Positions 11,009 through 23,838 of a stretch of 64,000 nt of DNA are shown in pieces (positions within the stretch are counted from its first letter, which is position 1; the number at the start of each line of letters is the position of its first letter). Source of the DNA: Yuukianura sp. NJ FZ-2021. Its lineage: Eukaryota. Location: assembly GCA_046563655.1 (NCBI GenBank), contig CM102290.1, positions 6,262,001 through 6,326,000 on the forward strand. The letters are read 5' to 3'. The notes beneath the pieces were generated by a model. It was not told where the DNA came from, did not search any database, and was given only the letters and a program-made list of their open reading frames with translations. The position numbers and the translations under genes are program-made.

Positions 11009-11639
11009 TTCTTTAATGTACTCCAGGAACAGGGATGTTCACAGCATTCACGATCGTCAAATACTAAAACGCGTCCAACCTAGTCACAGCACTTTTCCTT
11101 TCTTTCACTTTACAAAACTTTGTGGGTACACAAGTCTTGTCATAAAACCATTTTTATGTTTCTCTCAATTTTCAACTGCCGAGAAATACAACCAAGGGTT
11201 CCCAGAGCCATCTGTATTCACAAACTCCAACCACTTTTCCCGCCTTCCACAAATACGTTTTACGACAAAAAATACTACGTGATCTTTTTACGATCCATTT
11301 CACCGGCTGTTATGTAAACAAAGGCATGCTCTCATTTTCCCTTTCAAACAAAGTCGTAAAATTTTTAGTACCATGTTTTACGACCGTTCAAGGACGTATT
11401 TTTGACTACGAGTACTTACGTGCTAACTACTCGAGTTATCTCCAACTTAATTTTGTATTTTACTTCATTTTACTTCGTTTTAATTTTAATTTATCTTAAT
11501 TTAAGGCTAAGTTAGGTTAAGTCATCTTTTCATTTTAGTTAAGATCTTAACTTTTAAGGTTTTTGACAACATTGAATTTGTAACTTTAACTTAACTGATC
11601 GATTTATCAACCAGCATGGCACAAAGTTTCCCACACATT

Positions 11640-12305
11640 TGTAAGCGATTTGCCTGGTCTTTTGGTTAGAGTTGCTTGAGCTGTAGGAGGTCACGCAAAT
11701 TGGGTCTCCTTTTAGTTTTGACGGAGGACGAGGGTGACGTTTCGCACTGCCCGAATGACGCATCCGACCTGCAGTAAGTGTGATTTTGGCCGAGGGCTTG
11801 GTAGTCCTTACAAATGTATAACGTATTTTTTCCGACACGATCGTGTCAGGGGTGGCGGCATGTTGGCGGGTAAACCGACGGTTCATAATCTTAGGCTAAT
11901 TTTACTTTACTTTTACATACATTTTCCATTTCTTAGAATAAGGCTATTTTTACTTTAGTAACGGATTAGAAACACTCGTTTCTTCCCTTCTAAACTTCTA
12001 ACTTACACACAGTAATTTACGTTGTGTTCTCATTCTGTGCTTTTCATTACTTAAGGATTAGGAATACTCATTCCTCCTTTTACAATTCAGTGTGCTTTTC
12101 TTAGGTTATAAATACTAGTGACATACAGTCACTCAGGGTCATTCCAATTTTGAGTTTCATTCAGTAACCGTCTTCTCTCTATTCTTACATACATTCAATA
12201 AACTAAATAACGTAAATTCTCGATGTCTTGATCTCTCTGTGGCTTCACCACAATTCACTTGCTCTCCCACATTTATTGGAGGTTGCGGAGGTCAACGAAC
12301 AACCA
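11640..12305 (+). repeat. Possible solo LTR or LTR fragment
   Basis: Starts TGTAAG; contains TATAAATA (~12107) and AATAAA (~12197) in LTR-like order. No TSD or clear PBS verified. Confidence 0.3.
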
Positions 12306-13109
12306 CTATGGCGTATTTTTCTAAACCTCTAATGATTCTCGTAGTGAAAAAGTTTAAATAGAAAATTGTTAAAACATTTCAATAACAAAATAGTAAAAAC
12401 TTACCCAGTTGAGCACAAGCCGTAGCGGATTTGCGTGTTTTCGTTTAGTTTTGGTTTCCTGGAAGAATTTGAGCTCTCAAATTTTGGGCAGCGCAAAAAC
12501 TTTCTAATGTTTTTGCGCCGCAAAAACAAAATTTTTTATTAGCTAATAAAATACTGCTCAAAAAAGGCAAAAAAGCGAAACTAAGATTTAGGCTAAGGCA
12601 GATCTCGGACGTTTGCAGAATTCAAATTCTTTCAAACTTGGTTAAAGTAATGGACGGTTTGACAAATATCACAACATTTTGTACATGCATATTTTCTTGA
12701 ACGAGTTTGGCAAAATACTTTTAAAAAAAAATACTAAACTACATACTTGTTTAGTATTTTTTTATAGTAGGAAGAGAATATAATTCGACTAATGTCTTTG
12801 GACTAACATGGCAATTTGAAATAGATACAGCTCTAAGCGGGATACACTTCATAATTTTGGAATACTGCAAGCAATTTCTAAACTTTGTTTTTAAATTTCA
12901 ACAATTTCTAAATCTCTTTTCTAAATTTCAACTATTTCTGAACTTTGAACTCTGATTGGTCAAATTTTAGAATAGTACTTTAATATTTCTTCTGTCTTCT
13001 AGAATGATCCCATCATCAATCGTCAAAAGGCCCTGGAAGTATTGAAAGTGAGGATGTAAAATAGTGTTTCATTTTTTATAAAGTTCTAAAAAGTTTAGTG
13101 TTTTTATCA

Positions 13110-13795
13110 TGAAGAAGAAGAAAAGTGCCACTGCAAAATTAACGTCCTCCTTCACGACCTTGATTAAGGAACTGGCCACTGCACACAAAGTTTTGGACCC
13201 TTCAGATTTTCATGTATGTCAACTTCAAGTACAACTCCTAAAAATCCTACGTTCTGCCATTTCATAAAATATATATATATATAAACTCTATTATTATGTT
13301 GCCTCTACCAGTACCAATTTGTTTCCAAGTTCCAATCGGGTTACCTACTCGGGCAAGAGCGTGACGCAGGCGAATTTTTGGTCCACTTGTTACAGGAACT
13401 TATGAAAGAAGCTACAAGCCCTTCTGCGCCCCAAACTTTGGTACAAAATTATTCATCAGTTAAAATTCAAAGTGTAAAATTTAGCAGGAGAATTCTTCTT
13501 TTTTTTCAGAAAAACATACCATTCAGCATTCAGACTTAAATTCCCTTTCCTATCCTTCAAGTCACATGCGAATGTGCCAAATGTAAGAAAAGAACAACGA
13601 GCCAAGATGAGGCTTGGATATTAAACGTCCCAATTCGGTCATCAGTTGAAGTAACTTTCAATTTCAAATTACATAAATTTTTAAATATGTTTTAACCCCT
13701 TGTACAAATATGGAACGAAATCCAATTTAATCTTTAAAACTGTAGCTTTGTCTCGAAGCATTCCTGAAGGACGAGGAAGTTGACTTGACGTGTTC
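13110..13795 (+). pseudogene. Ubiquitin-specific protease (peptidase C19) exon fragments
   Basis: GT-AG-bounded segments translate to KELATAHKVLDPSDFH / GYLLGQERDAGEFLVHLLQEL (QxDAxEFL box) / VTCECAKCKKRTTSQDEAWILNVPI / LCLEAFLKDEEV. They end at an AT-rich tract; no Cys or His box seen. Confidence 0.55.
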
Positions 13796-13799
13796 CATT

Positions 13800-14030
13800 T
13801 TATACGCGTAGTTAACTAATATACATGCTATCTATTGTGTGCATATGTTACATTATTATTACTATGTTAGATTATATTATATTATTATATGTAATACCTA
13901 ATATAATTTGTATGAAATATATTGTTAAAAATATAATAATATCTAATATAACATAGTTAGATTATTAATATAACATAAATTGTTATAACTATATAGGTAT
14001 GCTATATGTTAACATGCTATATAGTTAGCT
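13800..14030. repeat. AT-rich low-complexity tract
   Basis: Dense TA/TTA/ATA repeats. Confidence 0.7.
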
Positions 14031-14347
14031 TTCTCAGGGTCTGGCTAAAGGCCGGACATTTCGGACTCCTCGGATTTCTATCCACTCTCTGTGTGCAAAT
14101 TACTTCTTTTATAAAACACAAAGGTTGAAGTAAACTATATACTAACTAATTGTACCCAATTTTGGTTGGTCGATCTTTTTGTAATTTAATGATTAGGGTA
14201 TCGTTTTTTTTTTTAAATTAATCTGTCAAACTGGTACGTACGCAACAGTCAAGAATGTCAAGAATCTTTGGCTGGCCCAAGGCCAGCCAAGATTCTTGTT
14301 CTCTTTATTTAAAAAGAATCGCATTGAAAAGATTGCAATCCCAATCT

Positions 14348-14943
14348 ATGGAGCTGTTGGGAATGCTCTAATTCCCCGAGTTTTACACCGAAGCTTTAAG
14401 TTTGATGACTTTCTGTAGGATTCTCACCAAAATGTTCAATGACATTTATTGTCCAGGCTTTTCGCTGTGTGATGTCTCACGTCCAGAGCCTACCAGGTTA
14501 CGTTCGATTTTGAGCCATGCAACTAATTTAGCCAATTTTCGAAAGCAACACGTTGAAATATTTGACGTTTCCAATCAATCCAAGGAAAGGCTGGTGGTCC
14601 AACAAAGACAGTTGGAAGAAGAACGAACATCATTGGTTGCGATTTGCGAAACTGGCCAACCTGTACGCTGAAGGAACTGCTGAAGCTTTTCATTGAAGCT
14701 TTAAAGACTGATTTAGTTTTCTTACATCCCAATTGAAAGAGCTAAAAAAGGTTCAAACACACCATCACCACTGAAATTGATCGAATCAAAGGGGAACGAG
14801 CTTCGGTAGCCGAAAAGACGACTACTCTCAAGCTTCAAGCAAGATGTTAATAGAATTAAAAGCAAAATTGTTGACAACCATGAAAGACTCTTCCAGACTT
14901 CAACTTGAAATGTTCCTTCGGATGTGTAAATTCCGCATGTCAA
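14348..14943 (+). pseudogene. Nuf2-like kinetochore protein fragment (frameshifted)
   Basis: PEFYTEALSLMTFCRIL...GFSLCDVSRPEPTRLRSILSHATNLANFR matches the Nuf2 CH-domain end (F...D...P...R....LS...N...FR), followed by broken coiled-coil frames. Confidence 0.55.
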
Positions 14944-15175
14944 CGGAAAAAATTAGCGTGATAAGTTTAGAGTCAGTTTCACTCTCTCAGTTTCTATTGG
15001 CTGTCCGAAGTTTCTCTGTCGGATGCACCAATAGGAATATTTCAATGCGATTCATCGGACAAATACGAGTCTAGAGTATAAGTAGAGACTGTATGCATGA
15101 CTTTGTCCAATGCCAAAGTTCGGACTTCTGCTCCACTCCCGGCTCCGTGGGCGGGTATGCCGATGAAGGGTTGTT

Positions 15176-15255
15176 TGATGAGGATGATGAGCCACTTTCA
15201 AGCCCCACAAATCTCAAGTCGCCCCAGAACCGAATGACCACGAGTGTCAAAACGG
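15176..15255 (+). repeat. Left terminal inverted repeat of Polinton B
   Basis: TGATGAGGATGATGAGCCACTTTC...GAGTGTCAAAACGG is the exact reverse complement of 30546-30625. Confidence 0.95.
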
Positions 15256-16054
15256 AAAATGCACTTAAGAACAAAAGAGACATTATGCCTATCTGTCCAG
15301 TGGCTGTGTCACACATTGTGTCAGTTGTGTTATTTTGCCATCAAGGACATTTTTTCACTTGAGAAAAAAAGGCATAGCAATACACATAGGCCTTTGTGTG
15401 CTCTTTACCTCCTGTTCTTTCAGTCTTTGTGACAGAAAACATTTTGACATCTTAGTTCAGGAAGTTCAGCTTAACCAAAATGGGGAAATCTTTTCGCCAA
15501 ATTCGTCAGGAACGAAAATCGCGGGAACTGCTTGGAATAAAACATGTAAAATATATATCATTTTCTTTAATTTTTTTTGATTTCATGTTATGTTTTGAAT
15601 GTAAGCTAAGAAGTTATTTGTGTAATTTCTTTATTTTATAGTACTGTAAGGACACCACACGGCTACCAAGCCAGAGAGGGGCTGAAGTTCAACTCAATGG
15701 CGGGACCAAGGTACCATGACCTAACCCAAAAAGACTAACAATTTAACATATATAAATCCTACGTCGTGTCATGTCTCACAACCGCTGTTCCAAACCCGTT
15801 AGAATACGTGCGCGGGGTTTTGACTAAAAGCCTGCACGTTCATTTTTCCTTGATCTTCTATTTATGTTTGCATGAAAATGCAAAAAGTAATACGGCGCAT
15901 GCGCGGTAGAATAAAATGTCATGAAGTTAGTGTGTTTATGAGGCTACGTAACGTAGAAGAAATTATTTGCTATTCGTATTCCTCATGTAAACTATTTGCT
16001 TTTCGTGACTTTATTTTCGTTCATTCCTAGAAACTCAATAACATTTACCGCCGG

Positions 16055-16396
16055 ATGGGCACGGGGAAATCAGCACAGGGAGCCCAAAATTGGGTCATCA
16101 CGCAACATGAAATAGTAAGAACTCAGTTTGATGTGTTCATATCACAAAGGTTTAGGTTCATATTACTGACTTTTACTGAATTAGATTTGTTTTTCACTTG
16201 GCAGATAAAACCAGATGATATAATTAATCGTAGACGTCATAGGCGACGACTTGCAAGAGACCGTAAGCGGGACAAAAAAAATGATGAAGAAATGAAACGA
16301 ATTTTGGCAAAAACTGTGAATACAACAAACGGTGAACAATCTTCAACAAAATCTAAACCAAAAAATTCTCAAAAAAATAAAATTGCAGCTTCTTAA
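16055..16396 (+). CDS. Small highly basic protein, probably 2 exons (16055-16114, 16205-16396)
   Basis: The ORF contains an in-frame 90-nt GTAAGA...TTGGCAG intron-like segment. The product has an RRRHRRRLARDRKRDKK basic patch. Confidence 0.5.
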   Translation: MGTGKSAQGAQNWVITQHEIVRTQFDVFISQRFRFILLTFTELDLFFTWQIKPDDIINRRRHRRRLARDRKRDKKNDEEMKRILAKTVNTTNGEQSSTKSKPKNSQKNKIAAS

Positions 16397-16616
16397 CTAC
16401 CAAGAAGTGTTATATTAAAGCTAATATTCAAAAACAAAATTTCAACAACTTTCTACTCCTTGTTTACGAATTTCTAATATTGGAAAATCAAATTAAAGTG
16501 GAAATATTCAACAAAATCAAAGCGTAATTCAAAATTCAAAACGAAAAATCAAGTTAAGGTGAAACACATTGTATAATTTTATTGAAAAATTATTTGAATC
16601 AAATTTTAATTTGTGT

Positions 16617-18224
16617 TCATTGTGCCTCCATGTAGCACTCATGCGCTTTGTCGATGGCCTTCTTGAGGTTCGGAAGATACTGCATGTTGATGTTTATGCC
16701 TCTTCTCCCATCTACGACACCGTTCACCATGTGCCGTATCATCACATAATGTGCCCCGCGAAATTTGTGCCACTTGACATGGACATCGAGTCCAATGTGC
16801 ACGGACCCGCTCCGAATTTGCTTTCCCCTGGTATTATGATCGGCTGGAGCCAAGTCAAGAACCAAGTCCTAATTGAGAAATTAAAACTATCATTAGCCCA
16901 TTCGCAACTAAGTGCAAATTATAAAAGTAATATGTATCTTACGTCTTCATCATCCTCGTCTCCGTCCTCTTCGTCCTCTAATCCAGACCGCTTTCGTCCT
17001 TTCTTTTTAGGTGGTTCATAGGAAGACGATGCGTCCGAGTCAGTATAAATGTCTGTCTTCCGTTTCTGCAATGCTCTTGGAGCGCTCTATATCATATACA
17101 AAATCAAAGATTTACACTCAAGAAAGCTAACATAAAATCCCAGAAGTATTTAGGTTAGATTGTAGCTAAATTTACCTTTCTACCATGAGCTTTTTTCGGA
17201 GGGAGCATGCTTTTTACACCGACTGGAAGGTCAGGTAACGGCATCACATTTTGCCGCTTGAGCTTTGGTTTCTGAACCCCGTAGGTAATCTGGATATCAA
17301 AAGTAAACAAATTTTACGCCAGAAATCATTGCACAACCATTTATTACAAGCTTGTTTTGATTCACCTTTTCCTTCCCTTTTTTGTTCACATCAGTGAGAC
17401 TTTGCGACTTCCTTACAACGCTTGACGGGGTTTTCGGTCGCTGACCTGGTTTGGCTCTGACAGAAGGTCCTGCTTTTGACTTCAGACCAATTCCGGAACC
17501 TGCCTTCGTTTCATCAGCAGTTCGCTGCAAGAAACGAGCTTGGCGATAAACTTAAATATTATAAAGAGCATTTAGTATACTTTGAACAAAAATTACCTTT
17601 AGAAATTCGGGCTCTTTTCCAATTTGGCGAATTGCCAGTTCCTTAGAATTGCGTTTTTTAAGCGCAGAAACTAACTCATCTTCGGATGCTTCCGGATCTT
17701 CCTCGCCTTCTTCCTCGTCCTCGTTTTCGTCATCTACTTCGTCTTCCTCTGACTCTTCTTCGCCTTCTCCTTCGTCCTCATCCACAACAAACTCAGGATC
17801 CGAATCCTAATAATGGGAAAGTAATGATAATAACAATTGACAGATCTGATGAACCAATAGTTACATTTTACATTTAAAACTCATTTCAAAAAACTTTTTT
17901 TTAGACAACTTACCTCAACTCCTGCAGCGGCTGCCGACATTTTTTCCTTGACGGCTTCTTTAAATTGCTGGCTCCTACTTATGGGGTTTTTCTTGGAAAC
18001 CGATGCAATGGCCGCATCAGCCTTCTCCCCACTTTGAAACGACGTTTCATCCAAATCCACAATTTCCGGTTCGCCTTCTTCCTCTTTGTCAAATGTCGAA
18101 ACTAAAAACGCATTTTATCAAATATAATTAGAAATCATTTCAAATAATAGAATTAGAAATCATCAACAAAAAACAAGCTAAGTTAAAAATCCTTTTGATT
18201 ACCTTTCCGTAGCTTGTAACTCAT
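16617..18224 (-). CDS. Acidic/basic disordered protein with a C-terminal PC4 (ssDNA-binding) domain, 7 exons, ~362 aa
   Basis: Exons 18224-18203, 18101-17914, 17806-17597, 17524-17366, 17289-17176, 17086-16943 and 16868-16617 join in frame across GT-AG introns. The last exon, VHIGLDVHVKWHKFRGAHYVMIRH...GRRGININMQYLPNLKKAI, is PC4-like. Confidence 0.75.
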
Positions 18225-18384
18225 CTTGTAACTGCAACTCTGACACAAGGCTTTTGGTTGTTTGGTAAGTGTTGTTTGGTAGTTGTTGACTGTATCACTG
18301 ATAGTACTCGACTGAATCAAAATTTAACGGTTTTGAAACAATCTGAATCGTGTGAAAATCCAAAGTTAGGGCTTCGCTTCATGG

Positions 18385-18645
18385 GAAAATGCAATTTTTG
18401 AAAATTCTGAAGTTGCAATTTTGCTAATTTCTCTTAAGTTGGAATTCTGAAGTTGCAATTTTGCTGATTTCTCTAAAACTAAAATTTTGAAATTGCAATT
18501 TTGCATTTTATCTCTTAAGCTTTACACTTTGCACGTATTAGAATTTAATTCTACTTATCGTCACTAAAACCTCCCATCATTAAACACAAAAAGGAGTTAC
18601 ACTCTTTAAGGGACAAAAAGGACTTACACCCTTTAAGGGACGTAA
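18385..18645. promoter_or_regulatory. Repeat-containing divergent promoter region between the PC4 gene and pPolB
   Basis: About 4 degenerate copies of (TTCTGAAG)TTGCAATTTT(G) at ~40-bp spacing, plus AAAAGGA.TTACAC.CTTTAAGGGAC x2. Confidence 0.5.
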
Positions 18646-18875
18646 AGGCTCTTCATAACCTGTTTGTAAGCATTCTATTAATTCATTCCCAGTTAAAATT
18701 TTTTCGAAGGAAATATTATTAGTCCTTATTGATTGTTTTATTTTTTAAAATGGCAATGGTCGGGGCAATTTAAATACTGTCTCCCTGCCGACGCCATCTG
18801 ACGGTGGAAATAGGAATGAAAAAGGTTCCGAGCATTTCCGTTTGGAATTTAATTTGTCTTTTTTGTTTTTAGAAA

Positions 18876-21800
18876 ATGGAAGATATCCAACTTTCCACGC
18901 TGAGGTGCGAACTCTGTCTGAAAGTTTCAACTAACAAGCAACATTTTTTGGTGCATTTGTCAAAATGCCGGCGATCCAATGCGAGGCGCCTTAGCAGACC
19001 TCGAAAGCCTATTAACAAGTGCTTAGTTTGCTCAAAATCTTTTCACCGACACTTGGACCTGGAAAGGCATAGAGCTGCTAAGCATTCCAAGCTAATTCAT
19101 AAAAGTGCTGCAAGGATTTTAACCAGGAGAATTCAAAGTGGTGGCTCAATGACTCAAAGACGAAAGTTGGATATTCACCCATTCCAAAAAATTCAAGCTT
19201 TCAAAGGATACATCAGAACATATCGTCACAATTGCAAAAAACCAATTGAAAACTTGAATATGTACTTTTATAAGTTCAGCGATCAGATGCATAACATTAT
19301 TAATGAGTGCTTGAGGACCTTCAATTGTGTCAAGAGCCAAATTTCTGTGAAAGTTCAATTTCAACGCTTTCTCTGCAAATCAAAAGACGGCAATGATGTG
19401 TATGAATATCAGCAGAAAATGGTGAACTCGAACATGATTGTCATACTCAACAATCACCACAGCCTTAGCCGGTTTATGCAAATGTGTCTCACAAAGATTG
19501 AACATTCCATAAGCATCTTCGAAACATACGGTTCCGGGTGGCAATTTGGAAAAGTTTATGGATCTGACATACGAATTGCAAAGTTTAATGCTTTGACGGG
19601 AGGATCCTGGCGAAATTTGCCAAAGTACTTGCAACGTAAAAGAGCAACCATCAACATCAAAACCAAAGGAAATTTTTGCTTCAAATGGGCTTTTCTGGCG
19701 TCTGTACACAAAATCTCCAACAAAAAAAAAGCTTCAAGGCCGAATTCCTATCTGGAGCTAGAAAGTCTTTATGACTTCACTACGGTATCTTTCCCAGTTT
19801 CACTCCGGGCAATTCGCCAATTTGAACTAACTAACGGCGTTGCTGTGAATGTGTTTGGGCATGATAGTCTCCAAGGTTTGTATCCTTTGCAAATATCTGA
19901 GTTTAATTATACAGGTGCCCGCACTGCAAATTTGCTACTTTTGACCAACAAAAAAACAAATGCATCGCATTTTGTTGCAATTCGTGACATAGACAGACTC
20001 TTAGGGAAACAGAACTGCAGAAAACGTGCTTTGTGCTTTAATTGCCTTCAGAGAATAAAAATGTGTCCAAGCACATGCAGAAACTCAGCTTGTGATCGTC
20101 GTTGTTTGCTGAATTTACATCGCGTAGGCTGTGAGAAATTTGCGGCTAAAAAAGTTAAAATGCCAGACGACCAAGAAGAAATTTCATTTGAAAATTTTGC
20201 CAACCAAATGAAAGCTGGCTACGTTATGTATGCTGACTTGGAGTCGATCCTTCGACCTTTGCCGCCGCAGCATGACTACTCAACCACTGTGAAAGAAAAG
20301 CGGCACGTACCTTCTGGGTTTTCATATGCCTTAGTGAACTCGAATCAAGAACTAGTGACGTTTCGTGTCTATAGAGGAAAAGATGCGATTGAGGTATTTC
20401 TAGAAGAGTGCTTGGAAATTGGCAAAACTATTATGGAAATCTACGACATCAACGTACCTCTCAGAATGACGCAGGCAGACGAAATGGCCTACAGCAACGC
20501 AACGCACTGCCACATATGTGGTCACAGATTTGACAAGTTTGCTGAGAGATGTCGCGATCATGATCATTTAACCGGTACATTAGAAATTTTTTAAATAATT
20601 GTTTAATATTTTAACTAATTTCATGCTAAAGCGTTATGGAATGTTTTCAGGCTGTTTTCGAGGAGCGAGCCACCAAAGCTGCAATTTAAACTACAAACAA
20701 AAGAAAATCCTTCCTGTGGTTGTAAGAATACCATTAACAAATATTTTTTAACAATTCACTCCGATTTGTTCTAATCATTCTGATTGTTTCTAGATGCACA
20801 ACCTACGAGGGTACGACCATCATTTACTCATTAAAGGACTGAACAAGATCAGTCCAAAAAAGGTGACGGTGATTCCAACGAATACAGAAAAGTACATGTC
20901 TGTGACGATTGAATCTCTTCGGTTCATCGACAGTCTTCAGTTTATGAACTGCAGCCTATTTGAGCTTGTCCAGAATTTGAAGGACAAAGGAACTGATGGT
21001 TTCAAAATATTGAATGAAGTCTTTGGACCTAAGCTCGCTCCGTTGCTGACCCGGAAAGGGGTTTATCCATATGATTACATCGATTCATGGGATGTTTTTG
21101 AAGAGACTTCGTTGCCCCCGTTTGAATCATTCTTCAACACACTTACGAACACGAATATTTCAGCAGAAGACTATGACTTTGCGAACCATGTTTTTAAAGA
21201 GTTTGGTTTAAAGACGATCGGGGAGTACCATGACTTGTATGTCTTATCGGATGCACTGCTACTCGCTTGCGTCTTCGAAGAGTTTCGTAATATGGCTATG
21301 GATGATTTCAAACTAGATCCAGTACATTATTTCTCGCTGCCTGGGCTGGCATGGGATGCGGCGTTGAAGATGACTGGGATTCGGCTAGAGTTGCTAACCG
21401 ACCCTTCAATGTACACCTTCTTAGAACTAGGAATGAGAGGTATTATCAAGAACAAATAGGCGTAATACCAGTATTCATTGCATTTGTATTATAGGTGGAA
21501 TTTCCCAAATCTCTCATCGCTACGCAAAAGCAAATAATAAGTACTTGAAGTCCTTCCGCGGACATCCAGATGACAATGATCAGTCATACATTGTGCTTTG
21601 GGACATGCTAAATTTATACGGGTGGGCGATGGTTGGCATGCTACCTGTCAGCGACTTCATGTTTTTGGACCCAGGTACAACGTGCCCTATATCCATTAAT
21701 TACATGGTAATTATATCAGATATTTGTTTTCCAGAACTCATCCAGCAATTTGACGTTTTGAGTATTGACCCAGATGACGAGATTGGATACATCTTGGAGG

Positions 21801-23007
21801 TGGATGTTACATACCCTGGTAGGAAAATTTTATAACAAATATTGAATCGTTTCAAGTGATTGTAATTCACGGTCTACTTACAGCTGAACTACACGATCAA
21901 CATCAGTGTTACCCTTTGGCGGTTGAACGGGCACACGTCAGCAATGAAATGCTTAGCCCTTTTCAAAAAAAGATGCTTTCTCAACTTCCAATTAAATATA
22001 TGGATCATCAGCAGAAGCTAGTTTCGCATTTTTTACCTCACACAAACTACATATGTCTCGCCAGCAATTTGCAGTTTTATGTCCAACGAGGACTTCAGGT
22101 GCAGAAAATACACAAGATACTTGCCTTCAAGCAGATGGCCTGGTTGAAGCCTTATGTCGAGTTCAATAGTACCAAACGGAGTTGTGCGAAGAATGAGTTC
22201 GAGCGGATGTTCTACAAGCTCTGTGTGAATGCTGTTTTCGGCAAAGGAATGGAGTCCGTAAGGAAGAGGATGAATGTAAGAGTGGTCAACGACAAACGAA
22301 CAGCGCTAAGGCTGATTGCAAGAAGCCAGTTTCTGTCACATGACATATTGGGGAAGAACTTAGCTTGCTTCAACATGCAAAAGCCTTGTGTTACACTCAA
22401 CAAGGCAATTTACACCGGATTTACAGTTCTGGAATTAAGCAAGTTACATATGTACAAGTTTCACTACAACTACGTGAAGAAAAAGTGGGGTGAACGTGCA
22501 AAGCTTCTCATGACCGATACCGATAGCCTGGCGTACCACATTACAACGACTGATGTGTATGAAGATATTTCTATGGACTTGCAGCATTTCGACACAAGCG
22601 TGCTTTCACCCGCTGACCCATTGTACAGTACTCACAACAAAGGAGTTATTGGGAAAATGAAAGATGAAGCTAAAGGAACAATTATTTCAAAATTTGCTGG
22701 AGTCGGGCCGAAGTCTTATTGCTTTCTTGGAGATGATACGCAAACGCCGACTTACAAAAAAATGGCAATGAAAGGCGTACCCCAAAGAATTCAGAAAAGT
22801 TCAATTTCGTTTCATATGATGAAGAATGTTTTATTTAAGCAAAAAGTTTTTGCATGCACTAGCAAGTCAATGCGTTCATATAAACATAAGGTGTATAACA
22901 TAAAGAGTACGAGAGCTGCACTGCATGGATTTGACTCAAAGAGGTACATTTTGAAAGATGGAATTTCTACATTACCCTTTGGTCATTACAAAATTAATCA
23001 GGAGTAA
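18876..23007 (+). CDS. Protein-primed family B DNA polymerase (pPolB), 6 exons
   Basis: Introns 20575-20650, 20722-20793, 21440-21494, 21675-21734 and 21819-21883 are all GT-AG. Splicing restores DHDHLTG|CFRG, ILPVV|MHNLRGYD, GMRG|GISQ, DP|ELI and YP|AELHDQH, collinear with Polinton A pPolB. N-terminal C2H2 fingers, WDMLNLYG, K..VNAVFGK, TDTDS. Confidence 0.93.
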
Positions 23008-23031
23008 ATAAATCAAAATACTGCAACACAT

Positions 23032-23728
23032 TTATATGTAGACTTTCAAAATTAATCGGATCTCCGTTCGGCAAATCGGGCAATGAGATTGAGTAGTACA
23101 ACAATCTTGACAGGTTGATAGATGGCAGCACGGTGCAAACATGTAGGTCGTGGTTTGAGATAGGCAAATTTTGCATGTGAACATGCTTTTGAGGTTGTTG
23201 AACTCGGTTTCTAAAATTGATTACAAACAAACTGTATACACCAACAGAACAAACGAGAAGTAACTTTTGTATATGAATTAAAGTTTCAATGCACACCTGG
23301 ATCAGAATCAAGCTTTCCGGTTTGAGCTATCCCTGCATCTGCCTGGTTATTCTGAAATTGCATTATTCGAGATTTACAACAACTTTAGAAACTTATAAGT
23401 CCATCCTTACATTTTCTTGAACCTGGCGTCCATTTATATAATGATATGCACAATCAGGGTTATATATTTGGTGTTCCAGTGATGGATTATCCAATTGATT
23501 CCACGTAGATAAGCATAGCCCGCAATAAAAGCAGATAGAACAATCCTTATGTTCTGTGAAAAAGAAGCCTGCCCTTGCCATGTTCACAAATGGTGGTAAT
23601 TTGTCACGCATTGCAGTTGGATAGCTAGAAATTCGTTTTTCGAGCTGAACGTATTCTTTAAAGGTAGGTCCTCCATCATTTGCTGCAATCACAGGCATTG
23701 TGAGAACCTCAATTGTTTCGGAAAGCAT
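23032..23728 (-). CDS. iap: Inhibitor of apoptosis (single BIR + C-terminal RING), 3 exons (23728-23411, 23351-23297, 23210-23032), ~183 aa
   Basis: BIR: RISSY...MARAGFF...CFYC-x16-H-x6-C. Exon 3, missed by the ORF track, reads CKICLSQTTTYMFAPCCHLSTCQDCCTTQSHCPICRTEIRLILKVYI*, an IAP-type RING. Splice phases are compatible. Confidence 0.9.
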
Positions 23729-23838
23729 GATGCACTACACACAAAGATCTTTGAAAGTTAGTTGGTATCAAAAGAACGGTCACTTAATGTGTAGACTTCT
23801 GATGCAAAACTGGTACTGGCTGAATGGTTTCACTAGCA

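Larger units (their letters stand above)
1..11431. mobile_element. Polinton/Maverick (adintovirus-like) element A, left part outside the window
   Basis: Hallmark gene set: double-jelly-roll MCP, penton, rve integrase, FtsK/A32 ATPase, pPolB. The putative right terminus ...GTGCTAACTACT at 11426-11431 matches the canonical Polinton (AGT)n end. The partner TIR and TSD cannot be checked. Confidence 0.93.

Noticed and set aside
14348..14943. Functional link between the Nuf2 fragment and the satellite
   Set aside because: The fragment is broken and far away across a gap; proximity is probably coincidental.
15071..15362. ORFs sharing a peptide with 30500-30748
   Set aside because: The similarity comes from the TIR DNA, and the ORFs cross element boundaries.
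18876..23007. pPolB B as a frameshifted pseudogene
   Set aside because: Every break is bounded by GT...AG, and splicing restores conserved motifs.
22994..23311. 105-aa ORF-track protein
   Set aside because: Wrong frame; the real coding frame is the IAP RING exon.
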